This document shows positions 26,503 to 39,398 of a stretch of 46,371 nucleotides of DNA, piece after piece. The position numbers were made by a program, and so were the translations under genes. Source of the stretch: Octopus sinensis (Eukaryota); contig NW_021834686.1 of assembly GCF_006345805.1 (NCBI RefSeq), forward strand, positions 1 to 46,371. The letters are read 5' to 3'. Below the pieces are notes generated by a model. It searched no databases. It saw nothing but the letters and a program-made list of their open reading frames with translations, and was not told where the DNA came from. The number at the start of each line of letters is the position of its first letter. The stretch's first letter is position 1.

Positions 26503-27590
26503 GACGCTCCGTCGGTTACGACAACGGAACAAACTGCCTGCTCGGGAAATTAACGTGCAAGTTGTTGGAAAACTCTACAAACACTCGTATCCTTAATGTA
26601 ATTCTCATAGGGATTCAGCGTGACGCAGAGTGTGACAAGGCTGACCCTTTCAAATAAAGGTACAACTCATTTTTGCCAGTTGAGTGAAGTGGAGCAATGT
26701 GAAACAAAATGGCCTAGGGATTCAGCGTGACGCAGAGTGTGACAAGGCTGACCCTTTCAAATAAAGGTACAACTCATTTTTGCCAGTTGAGTGAAGTAGA
26801 GCAATGTGAAACAAAATGGCCTAGGGATTCAGCGTGACGCAGAGTGTGACAAGGCTGACCCTTTCAAATAAAGGTACAACTCATTTTTGCCAGTTGAGTG
26901 AAGTAGAGCAATGTGAAACAAAATGGCCTAGGGATTCAGCGTGACGCAGAGTGTGACAAGGCTGACCCTTTCAAATAAAGGTACAACTCATTTTTGCCAG
27001 TTGAGTGAAGTGGAGCAATGTGAAACAAAATGGCCTAGGGATTCAGCGTGACGCAGAGTGTGACAAGGCTGACCCTTTGAAATACAGGTACATCCCATTT
27101 TTGCCAGTTGAGTGAAGTGGAGCAATGTGAAACAAAATGCCCTAGGGATTCAGCGTGACGCAGAGTGTGACAAGGCTGACCCTTTCAAATAAAGGTACAA
27201 CTCATTTTTGCCAGTTGAGTGAAGTGGAGCAATGTGAAACAAAATGCCCTAGGGATTCAGCGTGACGCAGAGTGTGACAAGGCTGACCCTTTAAATACAG
27301 GTATACAACTTTTTTTTGCCAGCTGAGTGAAGTGGAGCAATGTGAAACAAAATGCCCTAGGGATTCAGCGTGACGCAGAGTGTGACAAGGCTGACCCTTT
27401 CAAATAAAGGTACAACTCATTTTTGCCAGTTGAGTGAAGTAGAGCAATGTGAAACAAAATGCCCTAGGGATTCAGCGTGACGCAGAGTATGACAAGGCTG
27501 ACCCTTTGAAATACAGGTACGACTCATTTTTGCCAACTGAGCGAAGTGGAGCAATGTGAAACAAAATGCCCCGCTGAAGGACATGACGCT
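26503..27590 (-). mobile_element. SINE family C copy hosting an internal tandem amplification
   Basis: ctccgtcggttacgac...aaattaacgtgcaag at 26507-26565 and the array unit are both colinear with the copies at 39399-39685 and 27690-27845. Confidence 0.8.
26608..27571. repeat. 107-bp tandem array, 9 copies
   Basis: tagggattcagcgtg starts at 26608, 26715, 26822, 26929, 27036, 27143, 27250, 27358 and 27465. Confidence 0.97.
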
Positions 27591-27934
27591 CAATCGGATA
27601 TTCGTACACGCAAAGATAAATTTTATGAATCGATGAGAGAGTCACTGTGCCAGTCATGGGCAAATTGTTGCTGCCGGAATTTCTGAATGGGTCTGTTTAT
27701 TCGTGGAATCAACGTGCAAGTGGCTGGCCACTCCACAGACACGCGAACCGCTGATGCGGCTCTCATGCAGAATCAGTGTGAGACTTAATGCGACAAGGCT
27801 GGCCCTTTGAAATACAGGTACGACAATTTTTTGCCAGTTGAGTGGCAAACGGTACTTTGATTGGTTGAGAAAAAGTGAACGACAGAGAGAACTAATGTTA
27901 TTTTCGTAGGAGCCATTTCTGCTGGTGCATATAT

Positions 27935-28258
27935 ACGTGGCTCAGTGGATAGACCTTTGAGCTCACAATCATGAGATAGTAAGTTCAATTCACGGACCGG
28001 GCTATATATTGTGTTCTTGAGCAAGACACTTTATTTCATGTTGCTCCAGTTCACTCAGCTGAAGAAATGAGTTGTGACGTCACGAGTGCCAAGCTGTGTC
28101 GGCCTTTGCCTTTCCTTTGACCAACATCGGTGGCACAGAGAGGGGAGGCTGGTATGCATGGGCGACTACTGGTCTTCTATATAAAACATTGCCCGTACCT
28201 GTGTTTCGGAGGGTGACTTTAAAGGTGCAATCCCATGGTCATTCATGACAAAAGGGGA
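27935..28258 (+). mobile_element. SINE family C variant with a different 3' module
   Basis: cgtggctcagtgg...gttcaattc...cttgagcaagacactttatttcatgttgctccagttcactcagctg. Confidence 0.75.
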
Positions 28259-28274
28259 TCTTATATATATATAT

Positions 28275-28590
28275 ATATATACAAAATTGGGAGAAAACGC
28301 AAAACATCCAGACAGTTCGGATATAAAAAGGGGACAACAAAATATCCAGACAACGATACAAAAAAAAACAAGGACGGGTCATTCGGAGTTTTCTTTCCTC
28401 AGTCAAATTCCAGATTATCTTTGCAATTTCGGCTGGTTATACTCAAGATTGCTCCAATCTGGCCAGCCCCAAGGAAAAACAAAGCTAAGAGCTCTAGATT
28501 CCTTGGAAGAAAGCAGCGAATGTATACGAGAACAAGGAGGAAAAAACCCAGAGAAATGGTACACAAATACAAATAACAGGACATTAATAG
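28275..28590. repeat. Dispersed repeat family F (unclassified)
   Basis: ggacgggtcattcg...cagtcaa...gcaatttcggctg...tctggccagcccc recurs at 45151-45452 (twice). Confidence 0.7.
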
Positions 28591-28620
28591 AAATATATTG
28601 CTTCACCATCTTCTCACACT

Positions 28621-28668
28621 GTCTCCGATGAAGAGATATAATAAATATCCTAGAAACAGCTGTAAGAC
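28621..28668 (+). ncRNA. Minimal type I hammerhead ribozyme motif (Penelope-like), U4C variant
   Basis: GUCU-CCGAUGA-AGAGAUAU(AAUAA)AUAUCCU-A-GAAAC(AGCU)GUA-AGAC: stem I GUCU/AGAC, palindromic helix III loop and a GUA triplet. Confidence 0.6.
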
Positions 28669-28728
28669 CTTCCATTTATAAATGTTCTAAAATCTACACA
28701 GCCTTATTTTTTTTATCTCATTACGGAA

Positions 28729-28770
<42 letters not shown>

Positions 28771-28836
28771 TTATATATAGATACATATATATATAATACA
28801 GTATATATATATAATAATATATATGTATATATATTA

Positions 28837-28875
<39 letters not shown>

Positions 28876-29400
28876 CACATACATATAGATATATATTATA
28901 TATATATACATACATATAGATATATATTTCATATATATATATACATATATAATATATAACATACACGCACGTTGAACTACTTTCTAAGAATATATGTACA
29001 TATAAAGTAGAACATATCTCGCTACTGAATGTTTCGCAAAATTATATTGGACAAAATTATTAAAAGAAAAAATAATATGGTAAAATAATTCCTAATCTAT
29101 AAATAAATTGCGAACGTAAATCTCTGTCAAATTAATATTAGATCTAATTTAAAAGATATCGTCATACAAGCTGTAATCTGGTGATAAATTTGTGATATAT
29201 GTGAATGTATATCACAAAAGAGAAAAAAACCGTTTGTCGTAACGTTGAAACTACATTCTAAAACCTCATCTAGACTCATACATACTAAATAGCAAACTAC
29301 TGAATGACGCTACATAAAAAAGAAAAAAAGTTGGACGAAATAATAAGACCATAATATTTATAACAGTGTACGAACTATATTAAGCGTATTTCCGTATGTG

Positions 29401-29433
<33 letters not shown>

Positions 29434-29558
29434 ATGTGTGTGAGAGAGAGAGAGAGAGAAAGAGAGAGGAACAGACAAACGGAGTCAGTGTGTTAGTCTG
29501 TGTGAAACTGAACACATTTACATATTACTGATACTAAAGTCATACATAAGTACTACTA

Positions 29559-29593
<35 letters not shown>

Positions 29594-30009
29594 ACTACTG
29601 CTGCTGCTGCGACTACTACCACCACCACCAGTACAACTACTACTTCTGCTACTACCACCACCACCACCACTACTACTACTACCACTACTACTACTAATAT
29701 TACTACTACTACTACGACTACTGCTGCTGCTGCTACTACCACCACCACCACCACCACCAACCCCACTACTACTACTACTACTACCAATACTGCTGGGGCT
29801 GCTACTACCACCAACACTACCACCAACACCACTACTACTACTACTACTACTTGTGACGATGGTTAAACATTTTGGGACAAGAGCAGTAATTTCGGGAGAG
29901 GATGTAAGTCTGCTATGCCAAAGTTTGAAATTAGAATGTAAAGACGGACGAAATGCCGTAAAGCATTTTGCCCGTCGTACTGACGATTCTGCCAGGTGGC
30001 CACCCTCGC

Positions 30010-30087
<78 letters not shown>

Positions 30088-30088
<1 letters not shown>

Positions 30089-30633
30089 TCACAAATTGAA
30101 AAAATGCCCTGATGCAGTACCAGACAGTGGCTCTCGTGGCTTCTGATCTCAACTGATTGGAAGTGTTATCATGTACATTGTTTTGTCTTGGAATAAAAGA
30201 TGGGCTACAGCAAATATTCTGCTCAATACCACAGATTTGTTTGTCAGTTATTTGACTTTAACCAGTTGAGCATGTCCCTTAGTGGCTGACGATATGTGCA
30301 TCTCTGATCACGAGCAGAAGTAGTTGGGGAGCATCATAGCCATGTGTTGAGAGGGATTCTTTGGGATTTGAATAAGTCACCTCTGGAAACATGGGTGTTT
30401 CGTTCAACATCCTTAAACAACCCTTATTCAGGGACCTTTTGAGCAGGATGGGTTAGTTGACCAGAAGAAAATCCTAACTGGGCCCCACCTGCGAGGTCAT
30501 GTGTTGTTTATCTTGATATAAGATCACCATGTCATGCACATATGGTTGTGATGCATGTGAGTCATGATGGGTATACTGGGCTTCGTATATTTGTACCCCG
30601 GTGTCACTTTGATGGCATGCACTGTACTCTCTC

Positions 30634-30693
<60 letters not shown>

Positions 30694-31113
30694 GTTGTGA
30701 TGCATGTGCCTGGTGTACCTTTATCAGACGGGTAGTCATGATGGGTATATTGGGCTTCGTATATTTTACCCCAGTGTCACTTTGATGGCATGAACTGCTC
30801 TCTCACTCAATAATATAATAATAATAATAATAATGTCACAAATTGAAAAAATGCCCTGATGCAGTACCAGACAGTGGCTCTCATGGCTTCTGATCTCAAC
30901 TGATTGGAAGTGTTATCATGTACATTGTTTTGTCTTGGTTTAAAAGATGGACTACTGCAAATATTCTGCTCAATACCAAAGATTTGCTTGTCAGTTGTTT
31001 GACCTGAGCATATCCCTTAGTATCCTTATCAGACGAGTAGTCATGATGGGTATACTGGGCTTCGTATATTTTACCCCAGTGTCACTTTGATGAAATGCAC
31101 TGCTCTCTCACTC
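30088..31113 (+). mobile_element. Three copies of an (AAT)n-bounded element (30088-30635, 30693-30808, 30835-31113)
   Basis: All share the 3' end gtgtcactttgatg...ctctctca/ct followed by (AAT)n. Copies 1 and 3 share the 5' start gtcacaaattgaaaaaatgccc. Confidence 0.85.
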
Positions 31114-31134
31114 AATAATAATAATAATAATAAT

Positions 31135-31441
31135 TTCGTCGCCCTTTTTAAGCCAGGCCAGTCTCCTGGGCCCGGTTTCCCGGTTTCTGTGGCATATGTG
31201 TTCCCCCAGCTGGACGGGACGCCAGTCCATCACAGCGATACTCAAGAAACAGGAAGAGAGAGTGAGAGAAAGTTGTGGCGAAAGAGTACAGCAGGGTTCG
31301 ACAACACCCCTCTTGAGCCTCGTGGAGCTTCTTTTGGTGTTTTCGTTCAATAAACACACACAACGCCCGGTCTGGAAATCGAAACCGCAATCCTCCGACT
31401 GCGAGTCCGCTGCCCTAACCACTGAGCCATTGCGCCTCCAC
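31135..31441 (-). mobile_element. tRNA-derived SINE (family C-type head, distinct body)
   Basis: Minus head gtggaggcgcaatggctcagtggttagggcagcggactcgc...ggtttcgatttcc; 3' module shared with 18094-18328. Confidence 0.8.
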
Positions 31442-31450
31442 ATAATAATA

Positions 31451-31503
<53 letters not shown>

Positions 31504-31504
31504 T

Positions 31505-31539
<35 letters not shown>

Positions 31540-31545
31540 GATAAC

Positions 31546-31585
<40 letters not shown>

Positions 31586-31596
31586 TCGAAAAATAC

Positions 31597-31627
31597 CTGA
31601 GGAACGAGAACCAAGGTTCGAAATTTC
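31597..31627 (+). other. Hammerhead-like remnant
   Basis: CUGAGGA-ACGA-GAACC(AA)GGUUC-GAAA-UUUC; helix III is non-canonical. Confidence 0.3.
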
Positions 31628-31985
31628 TCCAAGAAAAATATGACCACAAGATATCGATTAAAACCACTGAAATGCATTCATAAGGTTTGAAACCGTTCCG
31701 GAAAATCTGTAGATTGACGGACCAAAAATGAGAACATTCAACGTTCAATAAGCATGATTCACATTAACAACAAAAAGAAAAGAAAAAGAAAAAAGCATGA
31801 AAGGAATGTTGACCTTCAAAGTGCTTTTTATTGTTATTGATAGTGAAGTCCGTTCAGTATTGTATTTAGTATATGTTACATATTAACTATGGGCGCCTTT
31901 GAATTTGTGTGCGCGTGTATATACGCGTGTATATACGTGTGTGTGTGCATGTATGTAAGACTACGTATGTTGGTATGTATGCATA

Positions 31986-32029
<44 letters not shown>

Positions 32030-32790
32030 TTATATGTGTTTGTGTGTGTGTATGTGTGTGTGTGTGTGTGGTGTTAAGGGTTAGTGTGCGCCTGGGCGAG
32101 ACTATTTAAGTGTAGCCAGTGTGTTTATGTGTATCTTTCTTCGTCAGTATCTGTCTATTTATCTATAGACGCTCATAATTCTTTCACGAAAGAATTTTGG
32201 TATTCAATAAAATACTGGTGGTTAAAGAAGAAAAAAAAATCGTTAAAATTTCAAGGAGGCAAAAAAATCCCGCCTCCCTCACCCCACCCCAAACTCAACC
32301 TTAAAAAACTGAAATTTAAAAAAAAAAAACAAAAATAATACCATAAATAAAATTAAATATGTAACCTCTTTATATACTGCAAATGCCAAAGATAGAATTT
32401 TTTAAAAAATTACAAAAATATAAAAAGAAACGAAAAAATTCACCAACAGAAACACAATTGAACTCCATTTTTTTCTCGTGGAATTTTAACTATTTAAAGG
32501 AAAAATAAAAAAAGGAAAATAAAAGGAGAAAAATATGAAATGCTCATTTTTCTAAGGAGGATGAATTACATTGCTTGTAAGGTACATGCTTCATATATAT
32601 ATATATATATATGTATATTAGGCTTTTGGTTGAGACCGCTCACCGCTTTTTTTTGGGTTATACATATATATTTGTTATATATATATATATATATACTAAG
32701 CAATAAAGGGTTTAGCAACGAATTGCCTTACCACATACCGAATTTAGAAATAGCAGTCAAAGAGTTATAGCTATTTCTTCTACTAAAAAG

Positions 32791-32834
32791 GGAGATCTCA
32801 GTAAAAACAGCAATTGGAAGGCAGACACAAACAG
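32791..32834 (+). other. Candidate 44-nt exon followed by a 139-nt intron-like segment
   Basis: ...ACAAACAG|gtaaga ... cttcttttctcttcag| (32973). The spliced frame reads GDLSKNSNWKADTNSVEYYNHK*. Confidence 0.2.
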
Positions 32835-33186
32835 GTAAGAGAGAATGAATTGACGGCAATCTATCATACAATTTTAAGTTATCTACGGACGTTCGTTTCG
32901 AAATCAAGTTTTTAGGAAGTATAAGAATTAGATATTAAATAATCTATCTCACCAAAACTTCTTTTCTCTTCAGCGTAGAATACTATAATCATAAATGATT
33001 ATATATTGAATTTTGAGATACTAGAAGGCACCAACTCAACTCAGTATCAGAGCGAGCTAGAATCCGCAACTAGTATCAACCAAATTCAATGTGTGAATGA
33101 AAAGATTGTGTCACCAGCCCCTTCCCACCCGCGTGTAGCCAAAACAAGATGCTGTGGTCATCTACTGAGATAAAATATGGTTATCC

Positions 33187-33239
<53 letters not shown>

Positions 33240-33436
33240 CAAATTATATGTATACAAAAAAAAAAGTGGTGAGCGGTCTCAACCCAAAGCCTAACCTAGA
33301 AAACCCCAAAACCCTTTCTCTAAGAAGTTACAAACAAAATAACTGTCTGCTACATGCCCATTCCAAACTTGCATCTACTTTCACTTTAATAGTTTAACAA
33401 TGAAAAGGCGATCAATAATTACTAGTCGGTCTATAT

Positions 33437-33490
<54 letters not shown>

Positions 33491-33940
33491 TTAGTGTGTG
33501 TGTGTGTGTGTGTGTGTGTGAATACCTGTGAGCACATGAGAGTATACGTGTGCACGTGCGAATATATATATATGTGAATATATATATAAATATATTTATG
33601 CGCACAAACATACACACATACACACACATATATATATGCACACATGAAGATATAAGCATATAACTGTATCTATATATCTATCTATACACACATGTTTGTG
33701 TGTGTGTGCGATTGTGTGAATATTTGTGTGTCTGTGTGTGTATGTAAGTATATATATATATATATACATGCACAGAATGTGTAGATATATATATATAATA
33801 TATATCCTTACATGTATATAAACATACGCGCTTCTAGACAAAAATCTAAGTTTCTATGTATAAGTATGTGTGTGAATATGTATGTTTGTATATATATATT
33901 CGTCTATCCATATATCTGCATGCGTGTGTATGTGTACGTT

Positions 33941-33971
<31 letters not shown>

Positions 33972-34519
33972 TGTGTGTGTGTGTGCGAGGGTATGTTTGT
34001 GTGGATGTAGTTCACGTTACGTTAATGGAAAAATTATTTCACCATCGCCATTTCGCAATTTTTAAATAGCGCCAACAAAAACTCCAGACCACTAATACCA
34101 CCGACAACATCAAACGAATACCATCACCACCACCACCACCAACTCCAACACATTCACGCACATAGCCAAACCCCTACTATTCGGATCCCTTTCTGCAATC
34201 AACCAAGCCCCCACGCCACCCCCACCCTCGCCCCATACCAAACACGTTTACCTCCCTTTTAACATAGGGCACACTCTCATACCGAAATGCTAACAATGGC
34301 GCCTTTCGTGAAAGTATCACCTTGAAATTCCTTACAAAATATAACCAACCACCATGATACGACGTTACGTGCACAAAGTACACACACAAACACATACTCA
34401 CCCATCCACGCGCACACAAAATCACTGTTTATTTCTCTTTGTCTGCCTGTCTGTCTGTCTCTGCCTCCTGCCTGCCTACCTACCTGTCTGTCATTCTCCT
34501 TGCCTCTCTCTCTCCCTAA

Positions 34520-34896
34520 ATATATATACATATATACATACATACATAATATATATATATACACATACATATATATATAAACATATATATATATACATAT
34601 ATTATATATAAATGTATATTATATATATATATATACATATATATATACATATGTATCACACATGTATATGTTCATATATACATATACATACATAAATATA
34701 TAATATATACCTATTATATATACATATATATACATACATACATATATTATATATATATATACACATAAATATTATACATATAGATAATATATACATATAT
34801 ATATATAAATGTATATATATAATATATATAGATAACATATATATATACATATGTATATACAAACATGTATATGTTCATATATACATATACATACAA

Positions 34897-34930
<34 letters not shown>

Positions 34931-35532
34931 CATATGTATATATACATACATATATATACATATATATATATAATATATATAATATATATACATATATATA
35001 CATATACATAATATATATACATACCATATAATATATACGGTAACATATATATGTATATATATATACATCTATATATATACCTAATATATACAGAATATAC
35101 ATATACATATAAATATATATATATATATATATACATACATATATATATATATCTATGTATAAATAAGTATATATTATATACATGTATACCAATTATATAA
35201 ACCACATATATATAAACATATATAAGAGTCATACATATATAGTATATATATGTATTATAAGTATATAAAATACATGTATATATATATATATATACACACG
35301 TGTCATTCTCTCTCGATGTTTTGGTTCGTTCAGTTTTTCTTTCTTTCACATGTTCCTTTTGTCTCCTTGTATTTTTTTCCCCCTTATTCCGCTTCATCAC
35401 GCACACAAGTACATAAACATGTCCCCCTTTGTACTCCCTCCCTGTATCTTTATTGCTATTTCTGTCTCTCTTTTCTTTATTATCCTTCTATTTTTCTTTC
35501 ACCTTCTCCCTCACTTTCTGTCTCACCCACTT

Positions 35533-35564
<32 letters not shown>

Positions 35565-35857
35565 TCTCTTTCTCTGACTCTTTCTTTCGGTGTCCTTTCT
35601 TCCTTATTTTGGCTATACTTTCACTTTCCTTCCTTTAATTCTCTTTCCCCACCATCTTTCTTTCTATATACATACATAGACATGTGTGTGCATGTGTGTG
35701 CATGTATGTAGTTTACTGTCTATCTATGTATCTATCTATCTATCTATCTGTATATATACACATACATATCTGTATGTGTGTGTGTGTCTGTGTATATATA
35801 TATTATATATATATATATATGTATATATATGTATGTATAATATATTATATATATATA

Positions 35858-35905
<48 letters not shown>

Positions 35906-35930
35906 ATAGATAAATAGATAGATTGATATG

Positions 35931-35985
<55 letters not shown>

Positions 35986-36088
35986 GTAGATAGATATACA
36001 TATGTATATATATATATACATATATATATGTGTATATATATATATATACGTATATATATTCACATATATAGATATATAGATAGATAGG

Positions 36089-36154
<66 letters not shown>

Positions 36155-37255
36155 TGCACACATAAAGCAACATATTTATACGTGCATGTGCGTGTATCTG
36201 CGTATACGTGCTTGTATATGTATATATTAATTTATTCGTTTTCCTTCATGATCCCTACTTCAGTTCTTTTGTTCTTTCGTTCGTCTAATAACTCCACCCT
36301 AATCTTCCAAAATAAGCACACAAAAAATACCCCTGTAAAAACGAACAACCACCTTCAACCACAATACAAAAAATTTTTTTTTCTTAAAAACTGGTACAAA
36401 AAATTCCTCAATACCAACACCCAGAACATCTAGAAAATGTATAGGGTTCAGATAACAGTGAAAAAAGAAAAGATAAAAAAAACCCCAAAAAAATCAACAT
36501 AAAAATCATAAAAATTATGCAAACTCTAACTACAAAGAAATCTGCTACCAAATGTCAAATCAAATTTAGAAAGGGTTTTCTGCCCCTGAATAATTTTTCA
36601 TAGTTCGGAGCCAAATCGTGTAAAGTGAAACAATGAGATACGATGGGTGCAAGAAGACGAGTTTAGCTTTGGAAAAGTTTGGCAATGCATAAAACAAAAG
36701 GAATCTGGAAGCTAAAGAAACGTTGTTCAGAAAATCATGAAAATGAAAATGGTAAAAAAAAAAAAAGGGATTTTTATAAATTTCGAGTTATTATATAAAC
36801 ATAATAAGGTTTGAGTTATTTAAAATTGTATTGGAGAATATATGCTTGCATGCATCATGCATGCTTTGTTTATACATCCATCCATCCATCCATCCATCCA
36901 TACAAACATATATTCATACATACATGCATACATGCATCCATCCACTCACACACGCGCATATACATAATATAAATATGTATATATATATATTTATAATTAT
37001 AGGTATATCATATATTCGTATCTACATCTATATCTATCTATCTATCTGTCTATCTGTCTGTCTGTCTAACTAACTAAACTAACTAACTATCTGTTTATTT
37101 GTCTATCTATCTATCTATCTATCTATATCATCTATCTATCTATCTATCTATATACTATCGATCTACTATATTCTCTATCTGTCTTCTATATCTCTCTCTC
37201 TCTCTCTATCTCTATCTATCTATCTATCTAATCTATCTATCTAGTTATCTATCTT

Positions 37256-37293
<38 letters not shown>

Positions 37294-37341
37294 CTATCTA
37301 TCTATCTATCTAATCTATCTATCTATTTATCTATCTATCTA

Positions 37342-37414
<73 letters not shown>

Positions 37415-37440
37415 GTCTGTCTATCTACCTGTCTGTCTGT
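34520..37440. repeat. Extended (TA)n-, (CT)n-, (GATA)n- and (TATC)n-rich low-complexity region
   Basis: Tracts at 34520-35300, 35700-36160 and 36880-37440. Confidence 0.9.
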
Positions 37441-37710
37441 CTGTGTAGCACGGTCTGTGATGAACGCGGGTTTCTATACTTTGTCACGGCCCGTTTCCTT
37501 CCTTTTTAAGTGTATTTATTTATTGATATATTTATGTGTAAATGCGCGTGGGTCTGTCAATCTATTTTCTATGTTCATTTCTAAATAAACATACGCAAAC
37601 ACATACACTCACTCAAGTATACAAATATATTTTATACAAGCACACACACACACAGCCAGAGTTGAAGCGCTGTTTGATTTTCCTTTCACTGTTGACTTCT
37701 CACCATCCCA

Positions 37711-37891
37711 ATACCTATTTCTTTACTACCCACAAGGGGCTAAACATAGAGGGGACAAACAAGGACAGTACAAACGGATTAAGTCGATTATATCGACCCC
37801 AGTGCGTAACTGGTACTTAATTTATCGACCCCGAAAGGATGAAAGGCAAAGTCGACCTCGGCGGAATTTGAACTCAGAACGTAACGGCAGA
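37711..37891 (-). mobile_element. SINE family B lacking its head
   Basis: Near-identical to the units at 38612-39204. Confidence 0.9.
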
Positions 37892-38205
37892 TGAGTATTT
37901 ATATATTTCACCCTGACCGAACTGCTAAATTAACAGACATAAGTACAATATTACCGGTTGTTAAGCTCTAGTGGTGAATAAACAAGAAGGTACACACACA
38001 TATATGTGTAAGGACAGTCTCCTCTCAGTTTACGTCTACGAAATTCACTCACAAGGATTTGATTGGCGCAACGTTACTGCAGAAAACACTTGCTCAACGG
38101 TCCACGCTGTGGAGCTGAACCCAGAAGCAAGCTCCCAACTAAACAAACACGCCTGCGTCTAAAAGTCATACTAAAAACCTACCAGCATGACAAAAGAAGA
38201 TGTAT

Positions 38206-38287
38206 CGCTACGAACAGGATTCGAACCTGTGCGGGAATTTCCCATTGGATTTCGAGTCCAACGCCTTAACCACTCGGCCATCGCAGC
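38206..38287 (-). tRNA. trnS-CGA: tRNA-Ser(CGA), 82 nt, intronless
   Basis: GCTGCGATGGCCGAGTGGTTAAGGCGTTGGACTCGAAATCCAATGGGAAATTCCCGCACAGGTTCGAATCCTGTTCGTAGCG. Acceptor stem GCTGCGA/TCGTAGC, anticodon arm TTGGA-CTCGAAA-TCCAA, variable arm GGGA/TCCC, T arm ACAGG/CCTGT, discriminator G, and TTTT about 10 nt downstream. Confidence 0.97.
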
Positions 38288-38611
38288 GCGCTCTGCTCAG
38301 ACTTTGAAATTCACATTTATCTGTCAGTTTTTCTGCAAATAATCTAGACAAACGATGAGTCTAAAATAGATTCCGTCGCTTATTGTTCTTTCCTCAGATA
38401 TCTATTTTATACGAAGACGTTAATGTTCTCAATGTACTCTAATGTACTCTAATGTTCTCCGTTGACAATGATTGCCTTCTTTCTTCATTTAAAAAAAATA
38501 TTTGTTTCAATAACAGTAAGTTTATGTTTGCATAATATTAAAAAGAGAAAACAAAAGCAGAACTAAAAGATAAAAACGCGTGCTCCTCTGCGCTTTCAGT
38601 TTATATATATT

Positions 38612-39204
38612 TTTTATTGCCCACAAGGGGCTAAACACAGAGGGGACAAACAAGGACTGACAAAGGGATTAAGCCAATTACATCGACCCCAGTGCGAATC
38701 TGGTACTTTACTTATCGACCCCGAAAGGATGAATGGCAAAGTCGACCTCGGCGGATTTGAACTCAGAACGTAACGACAGACGAAATACCTATTTCTTTAC
38801 TACCCACAAGAGACTAAACACAGAGAGGACAAACAAGGACAGAGAAACGGATTAAGTCGATTATATCGACCCCAGTGCGTAACTGGTACATATTATATCG
38901 ACCCCGAAAGGATGAAAGGCAAAGTCGACCTCGGCGGAATTTGAACTCAGAACGTAACGACAGACGAAATACCTATTTCTTTACTACCCACAAGGGACTA
39001 AACACAGAGAGGACAAACAAGGACAGAGAAACGGATTAAGTCGATTATATCGACCCCAGTGCGTAACTGGTACTTATTTAATCGACCCCGAAAGGATGAA
39101 AGGCAAAGTCGACCTCGGCGGAATTTGAACTCAGAACGTAACGGCAGACGAAATGCTGCTAAGCATTTCGCCCGGCGTGTTAACGATTCTGCCAGTTCGC
39201 CGCC
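38612..39204 (-). mobile_element. SINE family B tandem trimer (184-bp period)
   Basis: cgaaat anchors at 38781, 38965 and 39149. Only the last unit has the head (ggcggcgaactggcagaatcgttaacacgccgggcg). Confidence 0.92.
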
Positions 39205-39398
39205 CTGTTTTCAGTTTATATAAAGGCTGTACAACTCCTTAACTCACACGTTTCCTGGTGTTTCAGGATGTGAGGAATTCGTCCTTGTTTCGAATATCTA
39301 AATCAGGATTTCTCAACCACCATTTGCCTATGGATCCCTTTGATTTGTATTTTACTCTACTGGACCTCCATTGCCATTTGGTATATATATATATGAGA

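Noticed and set aside
26608-27571. 107-bp array as a CRISPR array
   Set aside because: The units are wholly repeated with no unique spacers, there are no cas genes, and the unit derives from a SINE body.
29189-29218. 11-bp hairpin tttgtgatata/tatatcacaaa
   Set aside because: Short and AT-rich, so likely chance in this composition.
38420-38460. 10-bp repeat (taatgtactc-like) x4
   Set aside because: Trivial local slippage with no further structure.
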